A stretch of 64,000 nt of DNA from Gemmatimonadota bacterium (GCA_965116475.1 OZ220691.1:2976001-3040000); one strand, 5' to 3'. Counted from the first letter of the stretch, positions 19,317 through 29,228 are shown. Notes: generated by a model not told the origin, from the letters alone. Program-made: numbers and translations.

Positions 19317-20773
19317 CCCGGTCCGACGTGGACCCCGCCCGGGTCGTCATCGAGGCGCTCCGGCTCGACCGCTGGTCTCCGGCTGAAGTGGAGAGGCGTG
19401 CGGACCGGGCGCTCGCCCTCGGCGTGGGGGGGTTCATCCTGTTCGGCGGCGAAGCGGAACGCGTCGGTCGTCTGGTCGAACGGATCCGCGACGACGCGGC
19501 GTGGCCGCTCTGGATCGGGGCGGACCTCGAACGGGGCGCGGGTCAGCAGATCCGGGGCCTGATCGAGTTGCCCCCGCCCGCCGCGCTCGCGGCCCGCCCG
19601 CGTCCCGATGCCGCCGTCGTGGCGGCGGGTCGCGTCACCGCCCGGGAAGCGCTCTCCATCGGGATCAACTGGGTGATCGCGCCGGTGCTGGATCTGGATG
19701 CGGAACCTGACAATCCGATCATCGCCACGCGCAGTTTCGGCGCGGACCCGCGGCGGGTCGCGGAACTGGGCGGCCGCTGGATCGACGCCTGCCAGTCCGC
19801 CGGCGCCGCGGCGTGCGCGAAGCACTTTCCGGGTCACGGCAGGACGACGGAGGATTCGCATATCGGACTCCCCTCCATCGACGCCCCGGCCGGGCTTCTG
19901 GAGGAGGATCTCGCGCCTTTCGCGGCGGCGGCGGACCGGGTCGCCAGCGTGATGGTGGCGCACGTCGCGTATCCGGCACTCGGCGGCGAGCGGGCGGCGA
20001 CGGTGGAGCCGAATATCGTCTCGGGGCTCCTTCGCGGACGGCTGGGCTTCGAAGGGGTCGTGACCACGGACGCCATGATCATGGGCGGCGCCGGCCCCGA
20101 CGATGCAGGCGCCGCCGTCGAGGCGGTCGCCGCGGGGTGCGATCTCATCTGCTATCCCGGCGATGCCGGCGCGACGGTCGCGGCGCTGGCGCGGGCCGCC
20201 GAAGACCCGCGCTTCGCCGCCAAGCTGGAGGAGGCCTCGATCCGGTCGGCCCGCAACTGCCCGTCCTCCGCGCGGGCATCGCGGCCGGAGTTCGAGTCGG
20301 TCGCCTTCGCGCGCGATACGATCGCGGGCGATCCGGAGATCCTGCGCGGCTGGACGCCGCGGGCACCGACGCGGGTCGTCGGCGTGTCGGACGACCCGGA
20401 TGTCGGGCCCCCGGCCGGCCGCGCCGGAGCGTTGGGCACGATCGTCGCCGACGACTTGCGCGCGGCCGGCTGGCGGGTCACGGACAGCCCCGACGCCGGA
20501 CAGTGCATCGTCGTGCTCGCCGCGACGCCGCGCGGCTGGAAGGGCCGGGGTGCGCCCGCGGCCGAGGTCGTCGAGCGGACGCGCGCCCTCGTCCACTCCG
20601 CCCGCCGCGGTCTCGTCGTACTGCTCGGCCACCGCCGCTGGCTCGAGGTGCTCGGCGTCCCCGGCATCTGCGCGTGGTCCACCGAGACCGTGATGGAACG
20701 GGCCGCCGCGGACTGGCTGCGCGTCGCAGCCGGCGCGGCGGCGGGAACAGGGCCCGCCGGGGTGGACCGCTGA
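19313..20773 (+). CDS. nagZ: GH3 beta-N-acetylhexosaminidase
   Basis: ADLERG, RSFG, KHFPGHG..DSH and TTDAM motifs; GTGA overlap. Confidence 0.88.
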   Translation: MTRSDVDPARVVIEALRLDRWSPAEVERRADRALALGVGGFILFGGEAERVGRLVERIRDDAAWPLWIGADLERGAGQQIRGLIELPPPAALAARPRPDAAVVAAGRVTAREALSIGINWVIAPVLDLDAEPDNPIIATRSFGADPRRVAELGGRWIDACQSAGAAACAKHFPGHGRTTEDSHIGLPSIDAPAGLLEEDLAPFAAAADRVASVMVAHVAYPALGGERAATVEPNIVSGLLRGRLGFEGVVTTDAMIMGGAGPDDAGAAVEAVAAGCDLICYPGDAGATVAALARAAEDPRFAAKLEEASIRSARNCPSSARASRPEFESVAFARDTIAGDPEILRGWTPRAPTRVVGVSDDPDVGPPAGRAGALGTIVADDLRAAGWRVTDSPDAGQCIVVLAATPRGWKGRGAPAAEVVERTRALVHSARRGLVVLLGHRRWLEVLGVPGICAWSTETVMERAAADWLRVAAGAAAGTGPAGVDR

Positions 20774-22533
20774 GTCCGGTCGACTGGTGGATCGTCGCGA
20801 TCTATCTCGCCCTCACGTTCGGTGTCGGCCTGTGGCTCTCGCGCCGGGCCCGCGGGAGCATCGTCGACTTCTTCGTCGGCGGGCGCGCACTGCCGTGGTG
20901 GCTCGCGGGCACGTCGATGGCCGCGACCACGTTCTCGGTGGATACGCCGCTCTATGTCTCGGCCCTCATCGCGCGCCGGGGCATCGCCGGCAACTGGGAA
21001 TGGTGGTCCTTCGGCCTCTCCCACCTCCTTCTCATCTACCTCTTCGCGCGTCTGTGGCGCCGCGCCGGAATCGTCACGGACGTGGAACTGACGGAACTTC
21101 GCTACGGCGGCCGCCCCGCCGCCGTCCTGCGGGCCACGCGCGCCTTCCTGTTCGCGGTTCCGATCAACTGCATCTCGATCGGCTTCGTGATGCTGGCCAT
21201 GCGCAAGGTCGTCGAGGCTCTCGGGCTCCTCCCGGACCTGTCCGGCTGGATGCCGGGAGACGAGCGCCTGTGGGCCGTCGTGGCCCTCTCCATCTTCGTG
21301 CTCGCCTACGCGAGCATCGCCGGGCTGTGGGGTGTCGTCGCGACGGACTTCTTCCAGTTCTTTCTCGCGCTCTTCGGAGCCATTCTCGTGGCCGCCTTCG
21401 CCCTGGCGGAAATCGGGGGGATCGCGGAACTCAAGGCGCAACTCGCGGCGGCGGGGCGGAGCGATGCCCTGGGGATGGTCCCCCGGCCGGGCTCCGAAGC
21501 CCTCCCGTTCGGCACCTTCCTCGCCTACCTCGGCATACAGTGGTGGGCCTTCCGCCGGTCCGACGGCGGGGGCGAGTTCGTGCAGCGCCTCCTCGCCTGC
21601 CGCACCGAAGCGGACGCGGAGCGCGCTGCCTGGTGGTTCGTGTGGCTTCACTACGTCGTCCGCGCGTGGCCCTGGGTGCTCGTCGGACTCGTGGCCGTCG
21701 TCGTCTTCCCGGATCTGGCCGATCCCGATCTGGGGTACCCGATGCTGATGCTGCGCTACCTTCCCGCCGGCCTCCTGGGACTCGTCGTCGCATCGTTCTT
21801 CGCCGCCTTCATGTCGACCGTGTCGACGCAGATCAACTGGGGCGCGAGCTATCTCGTGAACGACCTCTACGCCCGCTTCGTCGACCCGGACGCCTCGTCC
21901 GCGCGACTCGTCCTGCTGGGCCGGCTCGCTTCGGTCTGCATCGTTGCGGCCGCGACGGCGGCGGCGTTCTTCGCCAATGACATCGGGGCGCTGTTTCGTT
22001 TCATGATCGCCATCGGCACGGGGCCGGGGGCCGTGCTCATCCTGCGCTGGTTCTGGTGGCGGGTGAACGCCTGGGCTGAACTCGCCTCCATGCTTGCCGG
22101 CTTCGCCATCGCGCTCTGCTCCTATCTCCCGGCCTTCGGTGCGATGGAGTTCGGGACGCGGCTCGCGCTCACCGCCTTCGGTTCGGCGGCGGTCTGGCTT
22201 CCCGTGATGTGGTTCACGCGCCCGGAGGACGAGGCGACGCTGCTGGCGTTCTATCGACGGGTGCGGCCCGCCGGGCCGGGCTGGCGCGCGGTCCGCGAGC
22301 GCGCGGGTGTTTCTCCCGACTTCCCCCTCCGCGAAGCGCTCCTGCGGACGGCGGGGGCGACGCTGCTCCTGTTCGGGGCGATGTTCGCCCTCGGAGGCAT
22401 GCTGCTGCTCGAGCCGCGAACCGCCACCCTTTCCGCCGCCGTGGCCGTTCTGGGCGGCGCCGGGCTCTGGATCCTGCGTCGCTCCTCTCCCCGGAGAAGC
22501 CCCCGGAAAGCGCTTCACCGCTCTCGGCGCTGA
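20770..22533 (+). CDS. Sodium:solute symporter family protein
   Basis: FFVGGRALPWW.AGTSMAATTFSVDTPL and AAFMSTVSTQINWGASY motifs; many TMs; CTG start inferred from the CTGA overlap. Confidence 0.88.
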   Translation: MSPVDWWIVAIYLALTFGVGLWLSRRARGSIVDFFVGGRALPWWLAGTSMAATTFSVDTPLYVSALIARRGIAGNWEWWSFGLSHLLLIYLFARLWRRAGIVTDVELTELRYGGRPAAVLRATRAFLFAVPINCISIGFVMLAMRKVVEALGLLPDLSGWMPGDERLWAVVALSIFVLAYASIAGLWGVVATDFFQFFLALFGAILVAAFALAEIGGIAELKAQLAAAGRSDALGMVPRPGSEALPFGTFLAYLGIQWWAFRRSDGGGEFVQRLLACRTEADAERAAWWFVWLHYVVRAWPWVLVGLVAVVVFPDLADPDLGYPMLMLRYLPAGLLGLVVASFFAAFMSTVSTQINWGASYLVNDLYARFVDPDASSARLVLLGRLASVCIVAAATAAAFFANDIGALFRFMIAIGTGPGAVLILRWFWWRVNAWAELASMLAGFAIALCSYLPAFGAMEFGTRLALTAFGSAAVWLPVMWFTRPEDEATLLAFYRRVRPAGPGWRAVRERAGVSPDFPLREALLRTAGATLLLFGAMFALGGMLLLEPRTATLSAAVAVLGGAGLWILRRSSPRRSPRKALHRSRR

Positions 22534-22585
22534 CGCGGGGTTTTGCCACGGGGCGCCGGCACCCCTTCCGCCGCGGTTTCCCGGC

Positions 22586-22614
22586 TTGACCACAACATAT
22601 GGTGTAGTTATCAT
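22586..22614 (+). promoter_or_regulatory. sigma70 promoter of nrdJ
   Basis: TTGACC-N17-TATCAT in an AT-rich patch. Confidence 0.75.
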
Positions 22615-22637
22615 TTGAAGGCCACTACATATAGCGG
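22590..22637 (+). promoter_or_regulatory. Tandem NrdR boxes
   Basis: CCACAACATATGGTGT (22590-22605) and CCACTACATATAGCGG (22622-22637), 32 bp apart, match acaCwAtATaTwGtg and lie upstream of an RNR gene. Confidence 0.85.
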
Positions 22638-22641
22638 TACG

Positions 22642-22708
22642 TGTGGAAAAAACACGGATTTTGTGTGGAAAAGCTGTGGAGTCGTGGAAAACCGCCCGAC
22701 GATCCACA
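22642..22708. promoter_or_regulatory. Cluster of DnaA-box-like 9-mers
   Basis: TGTGGAAAA (reverse complement TTTTCCACA) at 22642 and 22664; CGTGGAAAA at 22683; CGATCCACA at 22700. Confidence 0.6.
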
Positions 22709-22816
22709 GCGATCGCATTCGGAGAACCAGAACGATGGGCGCGGGGTAACGTCGATCTCCGCGCCCGTCAGGCTTCCCGGCCTAGGCCGGCATTCGACTC
22801 GCGCGGTCGTCGGGTC

Positions 22817-22836
22817 CCGGCCGAAGCCGGTTTTTT
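22817..22836 (+). terminator. Intrinsic terminator-like hairpin inside the nrdJ leader
   Basis: CCGGC-CGAA-GCCGG followed by TTTTTT. Confidence 0.55.
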
Positions 22837-22890
22837 CCGCGGATTGACCTGATTTGTGGACGGTCGAGAACAGGAAGGCGGGGGGCGGCA

Positions 22891-25530
22891 ATGAATCCAC
22901 CGGATGTGGCGGTGCGGGAGGGCGCGGCGACCAGCGCCCCGGTGCGGGGTGAGATGCGGATGGGCTCCAATGCCAGGCCGGCCGACCTCGCCGAGCCGGG
23001 ACTTGCCGAGAACGCGCGGACGGTGCTGGCGCGCCGGTATCTGAAGAAGAACGATCGCGGCGAGCCGATCGAGGGGCCGCGCGACCTCTTCTGGCGCGTG
23101 GCCGATGTCGTCGCGTCGCAGGATGGCCGCTACGGAGCGACGGACGAGGCGGTCCTCGAGCGCACGGAGCGCTTCTATCACCTGATGGCCGACGGCATCT
23201 TCGAGCCGAACAGCCCCACGCTCATGAACGCCGGGCGCCCGCTCGGGCAGCTCTCCGCGTGTTTCGTGCTTCCCGTACCGGACAGCCTCGACGGCATCTA
23301 CGAGACGCTGCGGGACATGGCCCTCATCCATCAGAGCGGGGGCGGCACCGGGTTCGGCTTCAGTCGCCTCCGTCCGTCCGGTGACGTCGTCAAGTCGACG
23401 ATGGGCGTCGCGAGCGGCCCGGTCAGTTTCATGGAGGTCTATGACGCCTCGACCGAGGCCGTGAAGCAGGGCGGCACGCGGCGGGGCGCGAACATGGGCA
23501 TCCTGCGCGTCGATCATCCGGACATCCGCCATTTCATCGAGTGCAAGGCGGACAAGAACCGGATCACGAACTTCAACATCTCGGTCGGTGTCACCGACGC
23601 CTTCATGGCGGCGGTCCGGACGGGCTCGGACTACGATCTCATCAGCCCGCGGACCGGCGATGTCGTGGATCAGTTGAACGCCGGAGAGGTGTTTTCGAGC
23701 ATCGTCTCCAGCGCGTGGCGGAACGGCGAGCCGGGGGTCTTCTTCATCGACGAGGCGAACCGCTACAACCCGGTCCCGCACCTCGGCGGCTACGAAGCCA
23801 CGAACCCGTGCGGCGAACAGCCGCTGCTCGCCTACGATGTATGCAATCTCGGCTCGATCAACGTCGGCTACTTCGTCGACGATCAGGGTCGGATCGACTG
23901 GGACGGGCTCGGCGGGGCCGTCCACGAATCGACCCGTTTCCTCGACAACGTCATCGACGCCAACCGCTACCCGCTTCCGAAGATCGAAGATCTTTCCCAG
24001 CGGATCCGCCGCGTCGGTCTCGGGGTCATGGGCTGGGCCGACATGCTCGTAAGGATCGGCGAACCCTACGGTTCCGAGCGCGCGGTCGAACTCGCGCGCG
24101 AGTTGATGGAGTTCGTCGACGAGGAATCCAAGGTCGAGTCCGAACGGCTGGCCGCCGAGCGCGGCGTCTTTCCCGAGTGGGAGCGATCGATCTGGGGTCC
24201 CGACGAGACCTGCGCCCGGGACGCCGACGGCAATCGGATCCGCCCCGAACGCAGGCTCCGCAACTGCAACCTGACAACGGTCGCCCCCACGGGGACCATT
24301 TCGATCATTGCGGGGTGTTCAAGCGGGATCGAACCACTGTTCGCGGTCGCATTCATGAGGAATCAGGCAGGCGTACTGATGCCGGATGTGAATCCGGACT
24401 TCGTGCGCCGTGCGAAGGAAGGGGGTTGGTACTCGGAGGAGCTGATGCAGCGCATCGCCGACGAGGGCCACATCCACTTCGATGAAGTGCCGGGGGATGT
24501 CCAGGGGATCTTCGTCACGGCGCACGATGTTCCGCCCGAGCAGCACATTCGCATGCAGGCCGCATTTCAGGCGCATTGCGACTCCGCCATCTCGAAGACG
24601 TGCAATTTTGCGACGACCGCCACGGAGGAGGACGTGCGCAAGATCTACGAGATGGCGTACGAGCTGCGGTGCAAGGGGGTTACCGTCTACCGCGACGGGT
24701 CGCGCGACGAGCAGGTGCTGTCGGCGGGCAGGACGGCGAAGGATGTGCAGCGCCAGACGAGCGAGAGCGGTTCGGCCGTGGCCGCGGACGGCGTCCAGCT
24801 CGAAGCCGTCGATGTGGATCCGGAACTCGCCGGAGATCTCGCGGACACGCTGACCCGGCTCGCCGCCGCGGAGGCGCAGAACAGCGAACTGCAGGCGCAC
24901 AACCGGAAGCTCGAGAATGCCGTCGAGCAGAAGCAGCGGCGGATCACCGAACTCGAAGGTTCCAGGATGCGCCGCGTCGAGAGGCGGCAACGGCCTGCCG
25001 TCCTGCGGGGTCACACCCGGCAGATCGAATCGCCGCTGGGTACGATGTACGTGACGATCAACGAGGACGATCAGGGGCGTCCGTTCGAGGTCTTCGTCGC
25101 CCTCGGCAAGACGGGAGGGGCGGCGATGGCGGATGCCGAAGCCATCGGACGGCTGTGCTCGCTCGCCCTGCGTTCGGGAATCACGTTGCGCGATGTACAC
25201 AAGCAGCTGCGCGGGATCTCTTCCGACCGGGCCGTCGGACTCGGGGCGAGCAAGGTGCTCTCCGGCCCCGACGCGATCGCTCAGGTCATCGAACGCTACC
25301 TGGAGGAGAAGGAAGGGATTCAGCAGACGCTGCCCATCGAGGACGTGGAGACCGCCCGGAGAAAGAACACCAATGGGGGCGCCCGGTCGGCGCAACGCCC
25401 CGTGATCGAGCGGTACCAGGAGTCGGCGGCCCGGCTCTTCCTCGGAGCGTGCTCGGAGTGCGGCAGCAGCCTCGCTTTTGAGGAAGGCTGCGCGAAGTGC
25501 TACGCTTGCGGCTACAGCGAGTGCGGCTGA
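22891..25530 (+). CDS. nrdJ: Adenosylcobalamin-dependent (class II) ribonucleotide reductase
   Basis: [34 protein letters not shown]-terminal TSCPD-like domain and Cys-rich tail; no intein seen; start may be ATG 22953. Confidence 0.93.
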   Translation: MNPPDVAVREGAATSAPVRGEMRMGSNARPADLAEPGLAENARTVLARRYLKKNDRGEPIEGPRDLFWRVADVVASQDGRYGATDEAVLERTERFYHLMADGIFEPNSPTLMNAGRPLGQLSACFVLPVPDSLDGIYETLRDMALIHQSGGGTGFGFSRLRPSGDVVKSTMGVASGPVSFMEVYDASTEAVKQGGTRRGANMGILRVDHPDIRHFIECKADKNRITNFNISVGVTDAFMAAVRTGSDYDLISPRTGDVVDQLNAGEVFSSIVSSAWRNGEPGVFFIDEANRYNPVPHLGGYEATNPCGEQPLLAYDVCNLGSINVGYFVDDQGRIDWDGLGGAVHESTRFLDNVIDANRYPLPKIEDLSQRIRRVGLGVMGWADMLVRIGEPYGSERAVELARELMEFVDEESKVESERLAAERGVFPEWERSIWGPDETCARDADGNRIRPERRLRNCNLTTVAPTGTISIIAGCSSGIEPLFAVAFMRNQAGVLMPDVNPDFVRRAKEGGWYSEELMQRIADEGHIHFDEVPGDVQGIFVTAHDVPPEQHIRMQAAFQAHCDSAISKTCNFATTATEEDVRKIYEMAYELRCKGVTVYRDGSRDEQVLSAGRTAKDVQRQTSESGSAVAADGVQLEAVDVDPELAGDLADTLTRLAAAEAQNSELQAHNRKLENAVEQKQRRITELEGSRMRRVERRQRPAVLRGHTRQIESPLGTMYVTINEDDQGRPFEVFVALGKTGGAAMADAEAIGRLCSLALRSGITLRDVHKQLRGISSDRAVGLGASKVLSGPDAIAQVIERYLEEKEGIQQTLPIEDVETARRKNTNGGARSAQRPVIERYQESAARLFLGACSECGSSLAFEEGCAKCYACGYSECG

Positions 25531-25563
25531 CGCCAGAGGTTCGCCCGCGGCAGTAGATTCGGG

Positions 25564-26829
25564 TTGGATCGGCGCCTGGCCATCCGCGCACCGAACCGCC
25601 GGGGGAAGCCCTTGAACACTCCGTCTTCTTCGCGTCGCTCGACGATCTCCGTCGACATCGGCGGCGTCCGGGTGGGCAGCGCCCATCCCATCGTCGTCCA
25701 GTCGATGACGAACACCGATACGGCGGATGTGGCGGCCACCGCGGACCAGGTCCGGGCACTCCACGAGGCGGGCTCGGAAATCGTCCGCATTACCGTGAAT
25801 ACGCCGGGGGCCGCCCGGGCGGTGCCGCGGATCGCGGAACATCTGTCCAGGCAGGGCATCGAAGTGCCGCTCGTCGGCGACTTCCATTTCAACGGGCACA
25901 TTCTGCTGCCCGGCCATCCCGATTGCGCCGCCGCTCTCGCCAAGTTTCGCATCAACCCGGGCAACGTCGGCCGAAAGCGGCGCGATGAGCAGTTCGCGAC
26001 GATCGTCCGCTGCGCGATCGAGCACGACAAGCCCGTCCGCATCGGGGTCAACTGGGGCTCGCTCGACCAGATGCTGCTGACCCGGCTCATGGATGAGAAC
26101 GCGCGTCGCGCGGAACCGCTGGATGCGCACCGGGTCACCCTCGACGCGATCGTGGAGAGTGCGCTCGCCTCGGCCGAAGCCGCGGAAGGCCTGGGTCTCG
26201 GGGCCGACCGCATCGTGCTTAGCGCGAAGGTGTCGCGCGTGCCGGACCTGGTGACCGTGTACCGCGAACTCGCGTCCCGCTGCGAATACCCGCTGCACCT
26301 CGGCCTCACGGAAGCGGGGATGGGGCGGAAGGGCACCGTCGCGTCCTCGGCCGCCCTCGCCATCCTGCTCTCCGAGGGGATCGGCGATACGATCCGTGTG
26401 TCGTTAACGCCCGAACCCGGCGCCGACCGGACCGAGGAGGTCCGGATCGCGCAGCAACTGCTGCAGTCGCTCGAGTTGAGGAGTTTCAAGCCCCAGGTGA
26501 CGGCGTGCCCCGGCTGCGGACGGACGACGAGCACCTTCTTCCAGCAGTTGGCGCTCGATGTCGAAAGCCATATCGCCGATCGTCTGGCGGCCTGGCGGGA
26601 GCGCTATCCCGGCGTCGAGGATCTCTCCGTGGCCGTGATGGGGTGCGTGGTCAACGGGCCCGGCGAGTCGAAGCATGCGGACCTCGGCATCTCGCTGCCG
26701 GGGGTGGCCGAGGCGCCGACCGCGCCCGTCTACGTCGATGGCAAGCACCACTCGACGCTGCGCGGGGATGGGATCGTGGAGGAGTTCCTGCAGATTCTCG
26801 ACGGGTACGTCGAACGCCGCTTTTCCTGA
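25564..26829 (+). CDS. ispG: (E)-4-hydroxy-3-methylbut-2-enyl-diphosphate synthase
   Basis: [37 protein letters not shown] and [10 protein letters not shown] motifs; start uncertain (TTG 25612 possible). Confidence 0.95.
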   Translation: MDRRLAIRAPNRRGKPLNTPSSSRRSTISVDIGGVRVGSAHPIVVQSMTNTDTADVAATADQVRALHEAGSEIVRITVNTPGAARAVPRIAEHLSRQGIEVPLVGDFHFNGHILLPGHPDCAAALAKFRINPGNVGRKRRDEQFATIVRCAIEHDKPVRIGVNWGSLDQMLLTRLMDENARRAEPLDAHRVTLDAIVESALASAEAAEGLGLGADRIVLSAKVSRVPDLVTVYRELASRCEYPLHLGLTEAGMGRKGTVASSAALAILLSEGIGDTIRVSLTPEPGADRTEEVRIAQQLLQSLELRSFKPQVTACPGCGRTTSTFFQQLALDVESHIADRLAAWRERYPGVEDLSVAVMGCVVNGPGESKHADLGISLPGVAEAPTAPVYVDGKHHSTLRGDGIVEEFLQILDGYVERRFS

Positions 26830-26868
26830 AGGCTGCGGGCAGGTCGCCCGCTGACGGCGGGTGTCAGG

Positions 26869-27069
26869 CTAGCGGCGGGCCTTCTGGCGACGACGCCGAC
26901 GACGCCGACGGCGTTCCGCCGCTTTCATCTTGCGACGCCGCGCCTCGCTCGGCTTCTCGTAGAACCGGTGCTTCTTGATATCCCGGAAGATCCCGGCTCG
27001 CTGAACCTTGCGGCGGAACTTCCGCAGCGCGCGATCGAGTTCTTCGTTGTCGCGTAACGTGTACTGCAA
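26869..27069 (-). CDS. rpsU: 30S ribosomal protein S21
   Basis: ALRKFRRK and FYEKPSE motifs; GGAGG RBS before the TTG start. Confidence 0.93.
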   Translation of the reverse strand: MQYTLRDNEELDRALRKFRRKVQRAGIFRDIKKHRFYEKPSEARRRKMKAAERRRRRRRRRQKARR

Positions 27070-27108
27070 GTGTAAGCCTCCTGGCAGGGCAACTCTGACG
27101 GCCTGCGA

Positions 27109-27138
27109 AGTTTAGCCGCCCGCGCGGCGGCCCGTCAA
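27109..27138 (-). promoter_or_regulatory. sigma70 promoter candidate for rpsU
   Basis: TTGACG-N18-TAAACT on the minus strand. Confidence 0.6.
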
Positions 27139-27234
27139 ATATCCCGGCTGTCCCGCCCGGGCCCGCCCGCGGCCCGATCTTCGCACCGGTGGTGTCCAGG
27201 CGGCCGCACCCGCCGCGGAGATGGGGCGGGACGT

Positions 27235-27264
27235 TTGCATCGATGGCATGTTCAAGCCTATAGT
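27235..27264 (+). promoter_or_regulatory. sigma70 promoter candidate for the 27387 gene and pyk
   Basis: TTGCAT-N18-TATAGT. Confidence 0.55.
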
Positions 27265-27280
27265 AGGTTCTGGAAGCCCG

Positions 27281-27347
27281 AGGACCGTGCGGCTGGGATG
27301 AAGGGGAATCGTGGAGATTGTCCGACCTTCCGGCGGCACGGTCTTTT
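27281..27347 (+). ncRNA. Candidate structured leader RNA (long stem-loop ending in a short U-run)
   Basis: AGGACCGTGC pairs with GCACGGTCTT, enclosing nested GCTG/CGGC, GAAGG/CCTTC, GGA/TCC and AATC/GATT pairings. Confidence 0.4.
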
Positions 27348-27386
27348 GCGTCTCTGGCTGCTACGTAAGACGTAAGGAGGCTGAAC

Positions 27387-27716
27387 ATGGCAGGTCTCGT
27401 CGCCATCTCATCCGACGGCACCCTCGAAGTTGAAGGTCACGCCTATCTGATCCCCGCCGAGTTCTCCGCCCGCGAAGTCTACAGTTACCGCCGCCTCATG
27501 GAGCCGATACCGGACATCCCCGGCGGAACGAGCCTCAACCCGGAACAGCGCCGCCGCCAGCGCGCTTACTTTCTCCGCCGTGCCGCCGCCTGTATCATCC
27601 CGGGCTTGCAGGTGAAATCCCTCGAGGGGCTTCCACTCGGCCAGCTGCAGCACATGCACGAGTGGATCGTAGCCCACCGACCCGATCTCTCGGAGGCCAG
27701 CCGGCTGCCTGGATAG
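27387..27716 (+). CDS. Hypothetical protein (109 aa)
   Basis: Strong TAAGGAGG RBS before the ATG. Confidence 0.75.
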   Translation: MAGLVAISSDGTLEVEGHAYLIPAEFSAREVYSYRRLMEPIPDIPGGTSLNPEQRRRQRAYFLRRAAACIIPGLQVKSLEGLPLGQLQHMHEWIVAHRPDLSEASRLPG

Positions 27717-27749
27717 GAACCGTGGCCTCCCACGCCGCTTGGGCCACGG

Positions 27750-29198
27750 ATGAGCGCAGGTTTCCGCAGAGCGAAGATCGTCAGCACGATCGGACCCGCC
27801 TCCTGGGATCCGGACGTGCTCCACGACCTGATTGAGGCCGGCACCGACGCAGCCCGCATCAACTTCACGCATACCCCCACGGATCGCGCGGCCGGCCTGG
27901 TCCGGAGAATCTCCGACATGGCACGCGATGTCGGCCGGCCGGTGGCGATCATCGGAGACCTGGGCGGACCGAAGATCCGGGTCGGCGATCTGCCCGGCGA
28001 CCAGCTCGATATCGAGCCCGAAGGCACGTACTGGTTCTTTCCCGAGGGCGAAGACGCTCCCGCCGGGAGCGCTCCGCACCGACGGATTCCCACCACCTAT
28101 CCGGAGCTGGCCGAGGAGGTCGCGCCCGGCAACCGGATTCTGCTCGACGATGGCCACTTCGAGTTCGCGGTCCGGGAAGTCTCCGATGACCCGCCGTGGG
28201 TCTCGGCCGTGGCGTTCAGTGCCGGGGTTCTCAAGTCGCAGAAGGGGATCAACCTCCCGGGCGTGCGGGTCGGGGCGCCGGCGCTGACCGAGAAGGACAT
28301 CGCGGACATCGAGTTCTCCGTCGAACAGGTCATCGACTACCTGGCGCTGAGCTTCGTACGGCAGCCGTCCGACCTCGAAACGACCCGCCAGAAGATGGAC
28401 CGGGGGTGCCTGCTCATCGCGAAGATCGAGAAGTCGCAGGCGCTGGAGAACCTCGGGGAGATCCTGCCTCTGAGCGACGCCGTCATGGTCGCGCGGGGCG
28501 ACCTCGGGGTGGAGCTGCCGTACGAGGAAGTGCCGATGATCCAGAAGCGGATCATTGGCCTGGCGCAGGAACGCGCGCGGCCGGTGATCACCGCGACGCA
28601 GATGCTGGAGTCGATGATCGAGAGCCCGCAGCCTACGCGGGCGGAGGTGTCGGACGTCGCGAACGCACTCCTCGACGGCACCGACGCGGTGATGTTATCG
28701 GCCGAGACCGCCGCGGGCGGGTATCCGGTACAGGCCGTCCTCACGATGGACCGGATCATCCGTCGTATCGAGCACGAGCGGCTGGGACGGACCGGGCGGG
28801 CGGGCAAACAGGTGGAGGGTTTCTCGAAGATCCAGCAGACCACGTCGGGAGCGATCGCGGCGTCGTCGCTCATCGCGGTCGAGCGCGTCGGCGCGCCGTT
28901 CATCGTGACGTTCACGCAGAGCGGCTATACGGCCCGCATCGTGTCGGCGCAGCGTCCCTCCGTCCCGATCCTGGCGATCACGGACCAGTGGCGGACGTAC
29001 AACCAGCTGGCGCTCGTGTGGGGCGTGCAGCCGATCCTGTTCCACGGCGGCATCAGCTATTCGAGCATGCTCGACAAGGCCCGGGATGTGGCGCTCGAAC
29101 TGGGCATGGGCGAGGCAGGGCAGCGTTTCGTGGTGACGGCCGGAGTCCCCTTCCACGTCCCCGGCACGACCAACATGATGCGCGTCGAAGAGTTGTGA
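27750..29198 (+). CDS. pyk: Pyruvate kinase
   Basis: KIVSTIGPAS, IAKIEK, MVARGDLGVE, TATQMLESM and DGTDAVMLSAET motifs. Confidence 0.97.
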   Translation: MSAGFRRAKIVSTIGPASWDPDVLHDLIEAGTDAARINFTHTPTDRAAGLVRRISDMARDVGRPVAIIGDLGGPKIRVGDLPGDQLDIEPEGTYWFFPEGEDAPAGSAPHRRIPTTYPELAEEVAPGNRILLDDGHFEFAVREVSDDPPWVSAVAFSAGVLKSQKGINLPGVRVGAPALTEKDIADIEFSVEQVIDYLALSFVRQPSDLETTRQKMDRGCLLIAKIEKSQALENLGEILPLSDAVMVARGDLGVELPYEEVPMIQKRIIGLAQERARPVITATQMLESMIESPQPTRAEVSDVANALLDGTDAVMLSAETAAGGYPVQAVLTMDRIIRRIEHERLGRTGRAGKQVEGFSKIQQTTSGAIAASSLIAVERVGAPFIVTFTQSGYTARIVSAQRPSVPILAITDQWRTYNQLALVWGVQPILFHGGISYSSMLDKARDVALELGMGEAGQRFVVTAGVPFHVPGTTNMMRVEEL

Positions 29199-29228
29199 TC
29201 CGACTCTTCCGCCACTGACGCCCGGCCC

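Noticed and set aside
16992..20769. Apparent long N-terminal extensions of anmK, nagZ and the SSS gene
   Set aside because: Stop-free alternative frames of the upstream genes; real starts fall at NTGA overlaps
22891..25530. Intein or intron in nrdJ
   Set aside because: Catalytic motifs are spaced normally, with no intein termini or homing endonuclease motifs
26886..26912. CGACGACGC tandem repeats
   Set aside because: They encode the Arg-rich tail of S21; not CRISPR or a mobile repeat
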